This document shows, piece by piece, positions 17,379 through 33,475 of a stretch of 64,000 nucleotides of DNA (position 1 is the stretch's first letter; each line of letters begins with the position of its first letter). This DNA comes from Tubulanus polymorphus. Taxonomy: Eukaryota; Animalia; Nemertea. The position numbers and the translations under genes were made by a program. The stretch lies in NCBI RefSeq assembly GCF_964204645.1, contig NC_134030.1, forward strand, positions 19,366,210 through 19,430,209, written 5' to 3'. Under the pieces are notes generated by a model that saw only the letters and a program-made list of their open reading frames with translations, searched no databases and was not told the origin of the DNA.

Positions 17379-18431
17379 GTAAGTTACAACATCAGATATA
17401 TCCTAATAGAATAATCGCACTCAGACGTGGTGAATGGATTCTAAAGCAAAAACCCACTATGTTTTAATCAAAAGTTTTGTGTAAAGCGGGTGACGACAAA
17501 TCCAAAATTCTAATCAAACTACTAAAACAATTCTATATCAGCCACTTGTCCACGTAGCCATAAAAAACCGTTTAAAAATGATAAAACCGTCAATCTTTAT
17601 TCATATTTCACTACAATGAAGTCGATGGATGCTCGATCGAAATGCCACGCTTAACGGAGAGAATAAATGCAAAGACAATTGCGAAGATCACAAACCATAG
17701 AAATAAAGGCCTAACAATGGAAGTCACAATTCAAATAAAGCTGCAGGTTGCAACTTTGACAGAGACAGAACGGCTTTCACAATGAATCGATTCAGAGCTT
17801 GGTAAATATTCGTCGCCGATGAAGAAGATTTTAAAACAAAATCTACCCATTTTGAACGGGAACAGTTGTTTCTACATATGCAGTTGCCACACAATGACTT
17901 CACACATAAATCCATTTGAGTTTTGCTCACGCCAAGATTTGCTGGTACAATAGATTCGTAGAGGCTCGGGTTGGTTTTGTTCATGTCTGAATAAATATTA
18001 TTCACTACGTAAAATGTATAAAATATTTAGATTTCTGAAGGGAAGATGTAGTGTCGCAGTGTGGAGAAACAGTGACGTTTTACAAGCTACAAATTGAAGG
18101 TAAGTGCATCGACTATAGGAGTTAGTTTCATCGTTGACAGCTCCAAAGATTTGGGGTCAGTGTAAAAGGACTGCGTCAGTTCCATAGACTGCCAGTCAGT
18201 TACATAATATAAAGAGTCAGTTTCACAGACGAGAAGTCCGTTCCATGGGGACTAGGTGCCGGATAAACAGACAACGAGGCAGTTTCAGAGACTAACGGCC
18301 GGTTTTATTGACTCTAAAATTCAGTTTCATAGACTAAACGGCCAGTTTCATAGACCGTTCCAATATGTCACATAATTCAGAAACATAGATATTTCATCCA
18401 TCTCTTTCAGACCGACAGTTTGTGTGTAAAG

Positions 18432-19840
18432 ATGAAGTTGTTTTGTTTGATGGTCTTGTCGTCTGTCGTGTGCGGCGTTGCACTCGCGGATGAAAGATAC
18501 AGTAAACGATATTATCCGGGTAGTTATCACCCCGGTAGCTGTGGCGTATCCAGAGAGAAGGTAAATCTTTTTCCTGCATACAATTTGATTGTCTTCACGA
18601 CTGAGTTGGGGATTTCGTTTCTGGCCATGTTGACGATTGTGTTATTCAGTTCCAATAAAGCGGTGATGAACACAAACCGTGTAGGCGACTCAGGGAGCAT
18701 CTCAAAACTTCTATAGTTCCGTCAATTGGAATAACCGTCTAATTGGTTTTAAATTCCCACCGGTTTGAATAGACACATGCCAGAGTTGGAACATATTGAT
18801 TTTCTAATGAGATACCACAGACAAAGATAAGACGAGTGTATCTAACGAGTGTATTTCGATCATAACTTTTAATTGAAAATAGATTAGCAAAATTACAAGT
18901 GAAAACCTATTAAACTCTAATAGACTTTATAAACTAAGTCAAATATAGCTAAAATGCCAAAAGCATCTAAAAGAGAGACGTTAAATCAACTACGTGTAAT
19001 ATATATATATATACCACCCCCTTCCGCGATTTTTTCTAATTGAAATAACTATCGAAATGTTGAGATGCTCCCTTAGATATTTTTGAAAAAGATTTTGAAT
19101 TAGACTAGTGACTAGGCTAATGGGTTCAATGGTCCAAGGCCCAATAGTAGGCAATTATTATTTTGGCCCTAGGCAAATCTATATTTACAAACTCTGGTTG
19201 ATCTTTTTGGTTCATATGGAGACTATTGGTTTTTTGTTCAATGAATACCACAAATCTAACACTTTTATCGATTAATATTCATGTTGTACTTGCACATTCT
19301 CAAAAAAACACAAAACAATCCTCAATTGCCGCAGCAGATCACACAATCGTCATTCTCCTATTGCATTATTGTTTCATTCATTTTTAGCATATAATCAAAA
19401 GGGAAGCAGGAATGCTATGGAGTCGCGTCATTGATAAATTCCTAGAGGTTTTATCCTGCGACGATGGGTTAATTCTGCAGGACATCGGTCACGCTCTACG
19501 CGATATCTTGCACCAGGATAGATTCGACATGAAATTATGCAAGGTTTTCACGCATTATTTTAGAGATCCAAATGTGATTAAACACATTCCTCAGATGCTA
19601 AAGAATGGTGTGCATGAGCTGGAAAAAGAATATGAAAAGTTAAAGGAGAGTGAAAGGGGCAACAAGAATCAAGAAGGCACCGGGAAGCAAGGAGGTTCTG
19701 AGGAACTAGGAGGCACCGGGGTCCTTGGCGGGAACGGGGCCGCAGGAGGTAACGGAGGTCTAGGAGGCATCAGGTTCGGGGCCGCAGGAGGTGACGGGGG
19801 TCTAGGAGGCACAGGAGCCAGTGGTGGAGCAGTGCCATAG
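18432..19840 (+). CDS. Secreted protein with Gly-rich tail, copy 3 (exons 18432-18560, 19388-19840; 193 aa)
   Basis: Phase-0 junction intact; the last exon begins HIIKREAGMLWS. Confidence 0.85.
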
Positions 19841-20130
19841 AAACATCATATCAACAAAATAAGAGCTGCTAAAACTGGAAGTCAAACAAAATTTAGCTCG
19901 ACAATTCGAAAAAAAATAATCGTTTGCAATATGAATTGAGAAATAAATAGTCATATAGTTAGAAATTAACATTTTCTTAAATCAATATTGAGAAACGCTT
20001 CAGTTGAGATGCAGAGATTTTAAACGAGGAATACGAATCAAAACGAGTTTGTAGTTTTTCAGCGTGTACCTGCAACCTTCCAGGTCGCATAATTCTAGCT
20101 ATTCAGCAAAACAATCACGACTGGTCTTGG

Positions 20131-20747
20131 TGTTGAGCTCATCATCGATCCAAATCCTGATATCTACGTGTATATATCTAATATCCTGCAGTGGTCAAAT
20201 TCCAGCTACTGGGCCCATTACCTCTTGAAATATACGGTATCTACACGTCTGTCCTTGTCTGCCTCTGATTTCCGGGTCTGTTCTGAGGCGTACACAAAAG
20301 TCGTGGATCTCCTTTTGAATTTGTTTTATATTTGGATCCGATGGCCTACAGCGAATTACACGTATTTAGATCCGGCGATTATCGTTATTTGAATGTCTAC
20401 ATCGTCGGTAAAGTTCGCTAAATTTCGCGAAATCGGAAGAAAATGACGGCGAAACAATGCGAATTAGATTCGAAGAACGCTATTCGTTTGACTGTAGCCG
20501 TTTCAGTTATATTGTTGGTATTCGAACTGCCCAGTTCGTTTCAAAGCTATAAAAGATTTATCGGACTTTTCGTCGATTTGCCGAAAATGCCGTATCACGG
20601 AGCGACGAAAAGTGTGGAGAGATTTTCGTCGAGTTATTTCCGATTGCCGACTCGTCGGCGAACTTTGTTATTTATTGTTTGGTGCATGATCGGTTTAGAC
20701 ATACGGCAAAAACATTGATAAATATAGTATGCACAGGAGTGCCATAG
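20131..20747 (+). pseudogene. GPCR fragment, copy D
   Basis: Near-identical to copy B. Confidence 0.8.
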
Positions 20748-20893
20748 GTTCGAATACATACAGGCGCTAGTCATTACTGAGAAATAGTTGACCGTGTGAA
20801 TAACATATTAAAAAGATAGAAATAGGAAATGATTAAATAGACATATTCTATATACTGTATGGTATAATATGCACCTGCCGTCTGAAGTCAAAA

Positions 20894-20897
<4 letters not shown>

Positions 20898-20925
<28 letters not shown>

Positions 20926-22869
20926 TTTTATTTACGAATTAAATTACAATTTAAATTAGTAGGAATTAGTACAAAATATTGTCAAATAGGACGTTGGACG
21001 ACAGTTGAAGTTAAAATTAACTTATTACCTGAGAGGCCTAGTCGCCCACACACTCACATTCACGCCCCATTCATACATACAAGTTACATGACAAAAACAT
21101 TCAACATAGAAAATATGATAATTCCAGGATATTCAGTATATTAGATTGATCAATTAGAAGTACATAATTTCATCTAAACATATTGGGAAATGAGATAATT
21201 TTTTACAGTATTTGCAAAAGACGAGATAGAATGACATAATTTCAGATTTTTCTGCACAGAGTTCCAGAGTTTTGGGCCTTTGTGGATTATTGTAAATTGC
21301 CTATAATCATGCTTTGCGAAAGTTACATCTAATTCCTTACATCGACGTGTATTGTGGTTGTGTTTAACTTTGTTTGTAAATAAATTATTGTATCGCTTAG
21401 GAAGTAGGTCATTTATAGATTTAAACATGAAGTGTAGAACTTGTTGATTATTGATATCGAATATTGTGACTTGTTTCGTAGATTTGAAGAATGGTCCTGA
21501 ATGTTCTAGGTAATGTTTCTTATTTCTTATGCGCATACCTTTTTCAGTAGGGTATAGAGATTATTTAGTCTTGAGGGGTAGCTGTTAGCCCAGACGATAT
21601 TACAGTATTGTATGTGAGGTAATGCTAATGATTGATATATTGTTTTTAAGGTGTAATTAGGAAGTTTATGTTTTAGTATGCTAAGGATAAAAAGTATTCT
21701 GCGAAATTTAATTTCAACTTGATGTATGTGGTGTTCCCATGTGATTTTGTCGTCAATTATAACGCCTAAAAATTTGGCCGCTGTCACCTTTTTTATTGTT
21801 TCATCATCAATGTTTAGTTTAATGGTCTTCGTTATTTTGATTCTTCCCGAAAATAATAAAAGGTTGGTCTTATCGATATTCAGAGATAGTCTATTTGCGG
21901 AGAGCCACTTGCTTACTAATTTTAATTCATAGTTCATTTCGGTTTCGAGGGTTTTGGGACATCTATTACTGTGCATTAAACTTGTGTCGTCTGCAAAAAG
22001 GATGAAGTCTAGGATTTTCGATGATTCTGTGATATCATTGATATATATCAAAAATAAAAGTGGCCCTAGGATTGATCCTTGTGGTATTCCCGTTTTAATG
22101 GCTTTGAAATCCGATAATGCTGAGTTTATGTTAGTTAATTGATATCTATCTGTTAGATAATTCCTAAACCATGCATTTGTGATACCTCTGATCCCATAAT
22201 GATTTCATTTAAACAATAAAATCGAATGATCTATTGTATCAAAGGCCTTTTTAAGATCAAGTAGAATAAGCGCTGTAATTTTTCCATCTTCCAGGTTTTT
22301 AGTGATTTTGTCTAGTAATGTTATCAATGCTAAATCTGTAGAATACTTTTTTCGAAGGCAAAATTGTTTGTCGGAGAGAATCGCATCACAGAAGTTTGAG
22401 AGTCGATTATGAGTTTTTCTAGAATTTTGGAAATAGAGGGGAGAATTGAGATAGGACGATAATTTTTTGCTTCGCATGTGTCACCTGATTTAAAGATAGG
22501 TACAACTCTCGCCGTTTTGAGTTTACTAGGAACAGCTCCACAATTGAATGACCTGTTGAAAATATGGCATTAAGGGTCTACGATTTCTGGTATAACATAT
22601 TTGATAATTTTCATGGGTATACCATCTGTGCCAGCAGTGTTTGTACTAGACTTAAGGGAGACGAGCAGTTTAAAAGAGAGTTGACAGTTTCTACATCGTA
22701 GTATTTGCACGGATTATCATCCGTTATAAATTCATCTATTGAATTAGGCATTTATTTGTAGTTAGTTAACAATGAATTCAATTAACAATTACGATGGATT
22801 GAGATTCAATTTTTAGTTTTCTTTTCACTCGGCTTATCGGCAGAAGTTGTAGTCTCTGATAGTGACCTT
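20898..22869 (-). mobile_element. CR1/L2-group LINE, copy D, with a ~1.35 kb internal deletion at ~22643
   Basis: Junction CAGCAGTGTTTG|TACTAGAC joins copy-B-equivalent positions ~7396 and ~8742. Confidence 0.9.
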
Positions 22870-23055
22870 CTTCTGGTGCCGCTAAATATTCAGTTAGATC
22901 GATTGCAGCACCTAACGTGGCGATAGAGAAATTAATCATCGATCTTTTGTTAGATGTCTATTTAAACTATAGCGCGGAAATGTATATTGTCTTAGATCAA
23001 CTCGACAATTCAATCAGTATCGAACGACGGAAGAGAAAATCATCAATTTCAACAA

Positions 23056-23617
23056 ATGAAGCTCGCTTGTGGTAAGTTTCTAAATTGATCTATGAATCAG
23101 TTTTCTAAACACTTACAGAAAAGCAGACGCAGTTTAGGTGTATCGTGTATCACAAACTCTCACTCAGTATTTGACACCAAGTCGGGGTATAATTTCACCC
23201 GCTCCAACTTTACCACAAAAAGAGACAAAGTCTACTGTAATTCACAACTTCTCAATCTTGACAAAAAACTCGGGTAAAATTTGCCTCAACTTGATGGCAG
23301 TAAGAGACAGATACTATATCGTTTAGTAGAATCCACTTCATTCGGATCATTTGGGACCAACAAAATTCATCTGGTTTACGCTAATTCTGGATTAAAGTCT
23401 AAATTTTCTGTATAAAAGTAAACTGCAAATATTGTCCGGATTAGGCCAAAATCTGGATTGAATCGATCCGGCTTAAGCGGGTTTGATTGCATTTTATTAA
23501 CTCTTGGTATTTAGCACTAATTCGGTGCTTACAAACCACGAATTCATCGCACAACTATTCTATTACAGCTATTCTGATGATGAATCTAATTCTCCTGGCG
23601 TTCATAGACATCTCAAA
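23056..23617 (+). pseudogene. Truncated Cys-rich peptide gene (exons 23056-23071, 23569-23617; mature exon lost)
   Basis: As the 9154 copy. Confidence 0.8.
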
Positions 23618-24741
23618 GTAAGTTACAACATCAGATATATCCTAATAGAATAATCACACTCAGACGTGGTGAATGGATTCTAAAGCAAAAACCCACTATG
23701 TTTTAATCAAAAGTTTTGTGTAAAGCGGGTGACGACAAATCCAAAATTCTAATCAAACTACTAAAACAATTCTATATCAGCCACTTGTCCACGTAGCCAT
23801 AAAAAACCGTTTAAAAATGATAAAACCGTCAATCTTTATTCATATTTCACTACAATGAAGTCGATGTATGCTCGATCGAAATGCCACGCTTAACGGATAG
23901 AATAAATGCAAAGACAATTGCGAAGATCACAAACTATAGAAATAAAAGCCTAACAATGGAAGTCACAATTCAAATAAAGCTGCAGGTTGCAACTTTGACA
24001 GAGACAGAACAGCTTTCAAAATGAATCGATTCAGAGCTTGGTAAATATTCGTCCCCGATGAAGAAGATTTTTAAAAAATCTACCCATTTTGAACGGGAAC
24101 AGTTGTTTCTACATTTGCAGTTGCCACACAATGACTTCTCACATAAATTCATGTTAGTTTTTTTTCACGCCAAGATTTGCTAGTACAATAGATTCATAGA
24201 GGTTCGTGTTGGTTTTGTTCACGTCTGAATAAATATCATTCACTACGTAAAATGTTTAAAATATTTAGATTTCTGAAGGGAATATGTAGTGTCGCAGTGT
24301 GGAGAAACAGTGACGTTTTACAAGCTACAAAATAGAAGGTAAGTGCATCGACTATAGGAGTTAGTTTCATCGTGGACTCTGCGAACAGTTTTCAGAATTT
24401 GCGATTCCAAGGATCATGGATCAGTTTTAGAAGGCGACGAGTCACAGTTCCAAAGATTTGGGGTCAGTGTAAAAGGACTGCGTCAGTTCCATAGACTGCC
24501 AGTCAGTTACATAGTATTAAGAGTCAGTTTCACAGACGAGAAGTCCGTTCCATGGGGACTAGGTGCCGGATAAACAGACAACGAGGCAGTTTCAATGACT
24601 AACGGCCGGTTTTATTGACTCTAAAATTCAGTTTCATAGACTACAGGGCCAGTTTCATAAACCGTTTCAATATGTCACATATTAATTCAGAAACATAGAT
24701 ATTTCATCTATCTCTTTCAGACCGAAGGTTTGTGTGTAAAG

Positions 24742-26749
<2,008 letters not shown>

Positions 26750-27088
26750 TGGGGGTCTAGGAGGCACAGGAGCCAGTGGAGGAGCAGTGCCGCCATAGAA
26801 ACATCATTTCAACAAAATTAGAGCTACTAAAACTGGAAGTCAAACAAAATTGAGCTCGACAATTCGAAAAAAAATTTTCGTTTGCAATACGAATTGAGAA
26901 ATAAATAATCATATAGTTAGAAATTAACATTTTCTTAAATCAATATTGAGAAACGCTTCAGTTGAGATGCAGAGATTTTAAACGAGGAATACGAATCGAA
27001 ACGAGTTTGTAGTTTTTCAGCGTGTACCTGCAACCTTCCAGGTCGCATAATTCTAGCTATTCAGCAAAACAATCACGACTGGTCTTGG

Positions 27089-27721
27089 TGTTGAGCTCAT
27101 CATCGATCCAAATCCTGATATCTACGTGTATATATCTAATATCCTGCAGTGGTCAAATTCCAGCTACTGGGCCCATTACCTCTTGAAATATACGGTATCT
27201 ACACGTCTGTCCTCGTCTACCTCTGATTTCCGGGTCTGTTCTGAGGCGTACACAAAAGGCGTGGATCTCCTTTTGAATTTGTTTTATATTTGGATCCAAT
27301 GGCCTACAGCGTATTTGGATCCGGCGATTAGAAAAGTTCTACCGTTCACGATTATCGTTATTTGAATGTCTACATCGTCGGTAAAGTTCGCTAAATTTCG
27401 CGAAATCAGAAGATAATGACGGCGAAAGAATGCGAATTAGATTCGATGAACGCTATTCGTTTGACTGTAGCCGTTTCAGTTATATTGTTGGTATTCGAAC
27501 TGCCCAGTTCGTTTCAAAGCTATAAAAGATTTATCGGACTTTTCGTCGATTTGCCGAAAATACCGTATCACGGAGCGACGAAAAATATAGAGAGATTTTT
27601 CGTCGAGTTATTTCCGATTGCCGACTCGTCGGCGAACTTTGTTATTTATTGTTTGGTGCATGATCGGTTTAGACATACGGCAAAAACATTGATAAATATA
27701 GTATGCACAAGAGAACCATAG
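27089..27721 (+). pseudogene. Rhodopsin-class (FMRFamide/peptide-receptor-like) GPCR fragment, least decayed copy
   Basis: TM5 VLPFTIIVI, TM6 LTVAVSVILLVFELP, TM7 DSSANFVIYCLVHDRFR; frameshift and TAA between TM5 and TM6; no TM1-4. Confidence 0.82.
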
Positions 27722-28069
27722 GTTCGAATTCATACTGGTGCTAGTCAATACTTAGAAATAGTTGATCATTTTAATGTGAATAACATATGAAATAGATAGA
27801 AATAGGAATTGATTAGATAGACATATTCTACAACTCTATGGTATAATATGCACCTGCCGTCTGAAGTCAAAAATATTCAGCTTCGGGCGACGCTAGATAT
27901 TCAGTTAGATCGATTGCCGCACCTGTCATAACGTGGCGATAGAGAAATTAATAATCGATCTTTTGTTAGATATCTATTTAAACTATAGTGCGGAAATATA
28001 TATTGTCTGAGATCAACTCGACAATTCAATCAGTATCGAACGACAGAAGAGAAAACCATCAATTTCAAC

Positions 28070-29480
28070 ATGAAGATCGCTTGCGGTAAGTTTCTAACTC
28101 TCCGATGAATATTTCAACACCGAAAGCAGAATCTACTGTATTTCAAAAACTCTTCCTCAGTATTTGACACCAACTCGGTTTAGAATTGTGGTTAGTTTCT
28201 GAATTTTTCTATGAATCAGTTTTCTAAAAACTTACAGAAAAGCAGACGCAGTTTAGGTGTATCGTGTATCACAAACTCTCACTAAGTATTTGACACCAAG
28301 TCGGAGTATAATTTCACCCGCTCCAACTTTACCACAAAAAGAGACAAAGTCTACTGTAATTCACAACTTCTCTATCTTGACAAAAAGACTCGGGTAAAAT
28401 TTGTCTCAACTTGATGGCAGTAAAAAGCAGATACTATTGTACAGTAGAATCCACTTAATTCGGATCATTTGGGACCAACAAAATTCATCTGGTTTACGCT
28501 AATTCTGGATTAAAGTCTAAATGTTCTGTATAATAGTGAACTGCAAATATTGTCCGGATTAGGTCAAAATCTGGATTGAATCGATCCGGCTTAAGCGGGT
28601 TTGACTGCATTTTATTAACTCTTGGTATTTAGCACTAATTCGGTGCTTACAAACCACGTATTCATCGCACAACTATTCTATTACAGCTATTCTGACGATG
28701 AATCTAATTCTCCTGGCGTTCATAGACATCTCAAAGTAAGTTACAACATCAGATATATCCTAATAGAATAATTACAATCAGACGTGGTGAATGGATTCTA
28801 AAGCAAAAACCCACTACGTTTTAATCAAAAGTTTTTTTTAAAAATCGAAAATTTATTACATCAAAAAACAAACTAAAAGAACTCACGACGTTTCGATCTC
28901 AACCTAGAGATCATCGTCAGGTGTGAGATCGAAACAGGTCGTGTTCGTTTAATTCTTTGATTAATATATTCTCGAATTTTAAATTGACTTTTAATTTGTA
29001 CATAGTGACTGGGTATTGTCAGATATATCTAATTCGAGAAAGGGTAAAACGCAAAAAGGGCTAGCTACCCCGTGGGCCATTAAGGTATGAACCGATGCAC
29101 AATGTTAGAAACTGCTGTTTAGCTACTCGTCGCACCATCGAGAAATAAAGCAAAATACATTGATTGATTATTGACCCTGATTTGCCATAAGTTTTTAATG
29201 AAGTTCTTTTCGTTACGCGTAACCCTTTCGAAAACTGAAATATTCGCGTCTCGGGGAGTTTAGCCATGTATCACACTGTTTCAGGATCGCTTGTAACGCT
29301 GATGATTGTCTGTATGTTCCTGAACATGAATGCATCAAAGCTGAGAGGAAATGTCAGCTTGGGCAATACTGCTGCACTAGTCATAATAATGTAAATCCGG
29401 AAGGTGAAACAATGGTAAAATCATGCCCATGCTCAGAAGCCCATTCCTATTATTGCCCTCCAAGGAAACCCGGCAAGTGA
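28070..29480 (+). CDS. Secreted 8-Cys toxin-like peptide precursor, paralogue 1 (exons 28070-28085, 28687-28735, 29285-29480; 86 aa)
   Basis: GT-AG introns of phase 1 and 2 give MKIACAILTMNLILLAFIDISKIACNA-DDCLYVPEHECIKAERKCQLGQYCCTSHNNVNPEGETMVKSCPCSEAHSYYCPPRKPGK*. Confidence 0.88.
28442..28607. mobile_element. Old Tc1/mariner(pogo)-type MITE in intron 1, shared by the peptide-gene copies
   Basis: Imperfect TIRs CAGTAGAATCCACTTAATTCGGATC / GATCCGGCTTAAGCGGGTTTGACTG; TA on the left flank. Confidence 0.55.
28882..28927 (-). ncRNA. Minimal hammerhead ribozyme motif (Penelope-type remnant)
   Basis: The minus strand reads ctcacac-CTGACGA-t-GATCTC taggtt GAGATC-GAAAC-GTC-gtgag: conserved core, perfect 6-bp stem II, minimal stem III. 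Confidence 0.55.
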
Positions 29481-30686
29481 AGCATTACTACGTATCTTCT
29501 CTCTTATAAATTTCATCGCGTGATTCTTGTAAATTCTATTCTATGAAATTCTTATCGTCTTTTTCCTCCCTAAATTGGTTTATATTGCTTCCGAATCCGG
29601 CAAGTCGCATTAGCACTGCATTTCGATACTTTAGTGAGATCCGCGCAAGAACATCAGAGAATTTCGATTTCAATTCGATCGGACTTTTGAAACCGAATTT
29701 AGATTCGTATATCATATGGGTTATTAGGCATTTATCCGTTTAATAGTTAAAATCTCGTAGCGTTAGAAGAATTAATCTTATATATCATTTCTGCTGTGGA
29801 TTCTTTCATCACCAAATCATATATACATGTACAACCTAATCTAAAATCAACGGGTCATCGAGTTCCTCTGTTCTAGGGTTATATGTACTCTCAATTGAAA
29901 TTGTAACAATTTCCTAAACTTTGGATCCAGATCTAAATCAAGAACGATGAAGATTGATTTATGATTTTAGATTGTGGTCTATGGTATTATAAACATAATT
30001 ATTACACAACCACACCACTAAAGTTAAACACAAATCAGCGACCATTTCTAGTAATGAATTTATGTACAATTTTCTGCACGTTATTTGTGTTAATAATTCT
30101 AAGATTTTGTAACGAATAAAATTCGAAGTTCAACGATGAAATCACGAAAGTTTTTATTAGATTCTGTTTTTGTTTTGCTGCTGGTTGATCGGAATCAAAT
30201 ACGAACAAAGTAAACGGTCAAAGGCAGTTCAATGATCATTAAATCATCGGAACGGTTCAAGCGTAGAATCCGGTTAAGTAGTTTCAGGACGAATCACGTA
30301 GTTATATTCATCCGCAGTACAGTGTATATTCGCAGCTGACTAGACTAGGCGACTGCGTGACTGGACGACTGGATGACCTTGGCCAGTTGCTCAAAACTTG
30401 ATGTAAGTTAACCGGCCGATAAATACCATAGTAACAATGAACTTTCAATTGTCACTATGTCAACTATCCACTGGTTAACTCTAACCAACTTTTGAGCAAC
30501 CGGTCTCTGGAGATGGATGACTGGGTGACTGGACGAGTGGATGACTAGGCCATACCGACCACACTCTCTGTTTCATGAAAATGTAGCAGCTCATACCAAG
30601 ACAACGAGTAAGTTTTCTAGGTACTAACTGCTATTTGAAAATGTGTATCAGTTTTCATTATTGGCTTCACTATTATCTATTCATAA

Positions 30687-31183
30687 CTGTGTGTCACACC
30701 CTGCTCTACGTGCGATGTTTTGTTCCGTAATTTCGTTAATAATCGGTTTATCTTTAAATACTATGCCTCAATTTGTTCAGTAAAGAATTTGCATTCAGAA
30801 ATAAACTTTTTGCTAAAGTTGTTTTTGTTTTCATTTATGAGCGATAGTTTACTCAGCATACGCTCGCGTAATGCTGAAAAATCCGCACCGCGGACGCTCG
30901 GAAACGTTACAGTGACGTCATCACCTGCTCATTAACATATCAAAATACAGTAGGTGGCGCCACGTGACGGGCCGCGAAACCCGTTTTTCAGAATTACGCG
31001 AGCGTATGCTAGGTAAACTATCGCCGATAGATGAAAACACAAACAATCTTATACCAATTCATAATTTATTTCTGAATGCAAATTCCTTACTAAACAAATC
31101 GATGCCTAATATTCAGAGATTATTTTATTATTAACGAAATTAAGGACCAAAACGTCGCACGAAGAGAGGTGTGACAGACAGTA
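30687..31183. mobile_element. Long-TIR MITE family A (also 47897-48391 in opposite orientation; partials at ~39898 and ~47708)
   Basis: Ends CTGTSTGTCACACC...GGTGTGACAGACAG, long imperfect inverted arms and a shared core. Confidence 0.75.
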
Positions 31184-31345
31184 GTAGATTTGAATGATTT
31201 TATGGAGAAAATATATACGTAACAGAAATCATAAGGAGGTTGCTTAAAACATAGCCTTACCTGAGGTTTTCTTTCCTTGAACGTCTTCACCAGTAAAGGG
31301 CGCTACAGCTTTTAAAAATTGATCGCAGAGTTGACGATGTTTTAA

Positions 31346-32328
31346 CAAGCCCGTAGCCAGGGGGTTTCGTCCGTTCGAACGAACGCCCCATTTAGAATGT
31401 TGCCCTTCATGATTTCGGTAATTTCTTAGCCTATGTAACCGGTTCAGAGGCACCACTTGAGATCGAGTGTAGGCTACATCCTACCGGCGACTCAGCGGGC
31501 AGGCCATTCGTTTATAATGTTTACAGTAACACATATGGCTCACACTAGGCTCACACAGTTGACGAATCAAAAAAACTTTGTTCATATTTCTTTGATAACA
31601 TTTTCATCATAGTATTCTTTTAAATTACAATTCGGAGATTCTATAGATGTTTTTTTAAGAATATTGCTCCAGCAATTACAAAAAATACAAAAAATAATTT
31701 TCAAATTCACTACTCACCTTACGTCGGCGAAACAACTACATGCAATGTTCAATGATGTAGGGACCTCTTTGGCCTTCATGCGAATACATTACGTTGAGTA
31801 TATTTAGATAGAAAAGCTATGACGAAAATATTCGCGGGATAACGCCCAAGACGAATGTAGTTAGCAAACATTTTAAACAATCCAGAGTTACTTACAGGCC
31901 CGTACCCGGGGAGGGGGGTGCGTTGGGTGCTTTGAGGATTAAGTACATTTTTTTCAGTGACATTCTTATGTGAAATATTCTAAAATCTGGCCAGATATGC
32001 ATCTAAAACGTTTCCATTTTCAAAATGTTCTTCCCAAAACCCCCCTGTGGGGCTTCGCATCTGCGTCGCTCGCAGTCGCCACCCAACGCAATCAAATAAG
32101 TTCCACCCTCTCTAAATTCGCACCCAGCCATAAGAGAGGCTGCGTACGGGCCTGACTTACTGCATAAATTAGTTGTGAATAAATTTCATCATTACATTGT
32201 TGTTTTGATTGTGTGTGGAATAGCTACAGAATTCTGTTTTCAAGCATAGCCTTGGATACTGAACATGCAAATGTGCCCTTTTTTATAATCTAAGAACACC
32301 CCTTTCAAAATCCTGGCTACGGGCTCGT
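31346..32328. mobile_element. hAT-like MITE with a nested smaller MITE (31895-32154)
   Basis: TIRs AGCCCGTAGCCAGG/CCTGGCTACGGGCT and CAGGCCCGTAC/GTACGGGCCTG; TSDs degenerate. Confidence 0.6.
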
Positions 32329-32740
32329 TTAGCGTGGAAACTGAACTAAACGCATACGATTCCTTCTTGCCAACGCTCGATATTAGCGACATACGCTATT
32401 CGACTTTTACTCTCCGATAGAAATGAGAAGTCGTTACCGCGATTGTAGATTAACAGGAACTTGGAGTGTAAAAAGAAACCAAAACGGCAAAACGTGATCA
32501 CGGTTTTTCGTAAGTTGATGAGTACTACGTCGTGGATGCGAATCATTACTACTACTAATTTTAGTAGAACTTCGCCGTAAAGACGACAGTAATAGACATA
32601 GCTAACATCGACGAATATCTATTCTTCGGAATATTTGTATTTTGTAAGTGTGTTATTGGTTTTCGTAGAGTAGCCGTGTTAACCAGGTTTTGAAATAAGT
32701 AACGAGACGAGTAGTACTGTATAGGTTAACTATTTATTTT

Positions 32741-32790
32741 GACGCACGATTTTTCGCTTCTAATGAATAGAAGCTTCATCAGGTGAATGA
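32741..32790 (-). ncRNA. Degenerate hammerhead-like motif (Penelope-type remnant)
   Basis: Minus strand CTGATGA-a-GCTTCTA ttcat TAGAAGC-GAAA; stems I and III poor. Confidence 0.35.
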
Positions 32791-33475
32791 GTCTATACAG
32801 TAGGCCTACTACTCGTCTCGTTACTGGTTTTCGTAGAATAACTTGAACTGTTTCGCATTTTACTCTCTAGAGAGGGCGTTATTTTCGGAGTATACAAACG
32901 TAACGTTCAACATTGTCCGAGTGCGACATAATCGATAATTTGTGAGTGAAAAAAGAAAGCGGGAGAAAGTGCTTAATCCTTATCAGGCCTCCAGAACAAC
33001 CTACAGGACCGTTCATGAAATCAACCTCTGGACATATATGCCACTAGCAAAACTCGATGAGAAAATTCGTAGAGGAGCCGTGTTGACCGGGTGTTGAATA
33101 AAATAGAACCAGACGATTAGTGCGATATAGCTAATATAACTAATTTATTTGATGCACCAGCACCAATCCAGAGATATGAACGAAATAAAAAATCAAACGG
33201 GGGAAAATAGGGACAAAAAATTCAACAATGCGGACCCGGCGGGTACCCAAAAAATGGCGCCTGTAAACTGTGAAAAGGCTTATTGTGAAATTCATTTCAC
33301 AAGTTTGCAACAATTGGACACCGATAACTGCCCAATTTTCGCCAAAATAACAGAAAGACAAATAATTTCACAGCATAGAATTTACTAGAATTACACGATA
33401 AACTTAATACGGACGAAATAGCATATTTACAGGAGTTCAGCCAATATGAAAAAAAATTTCGTTTCGTAATAAACT

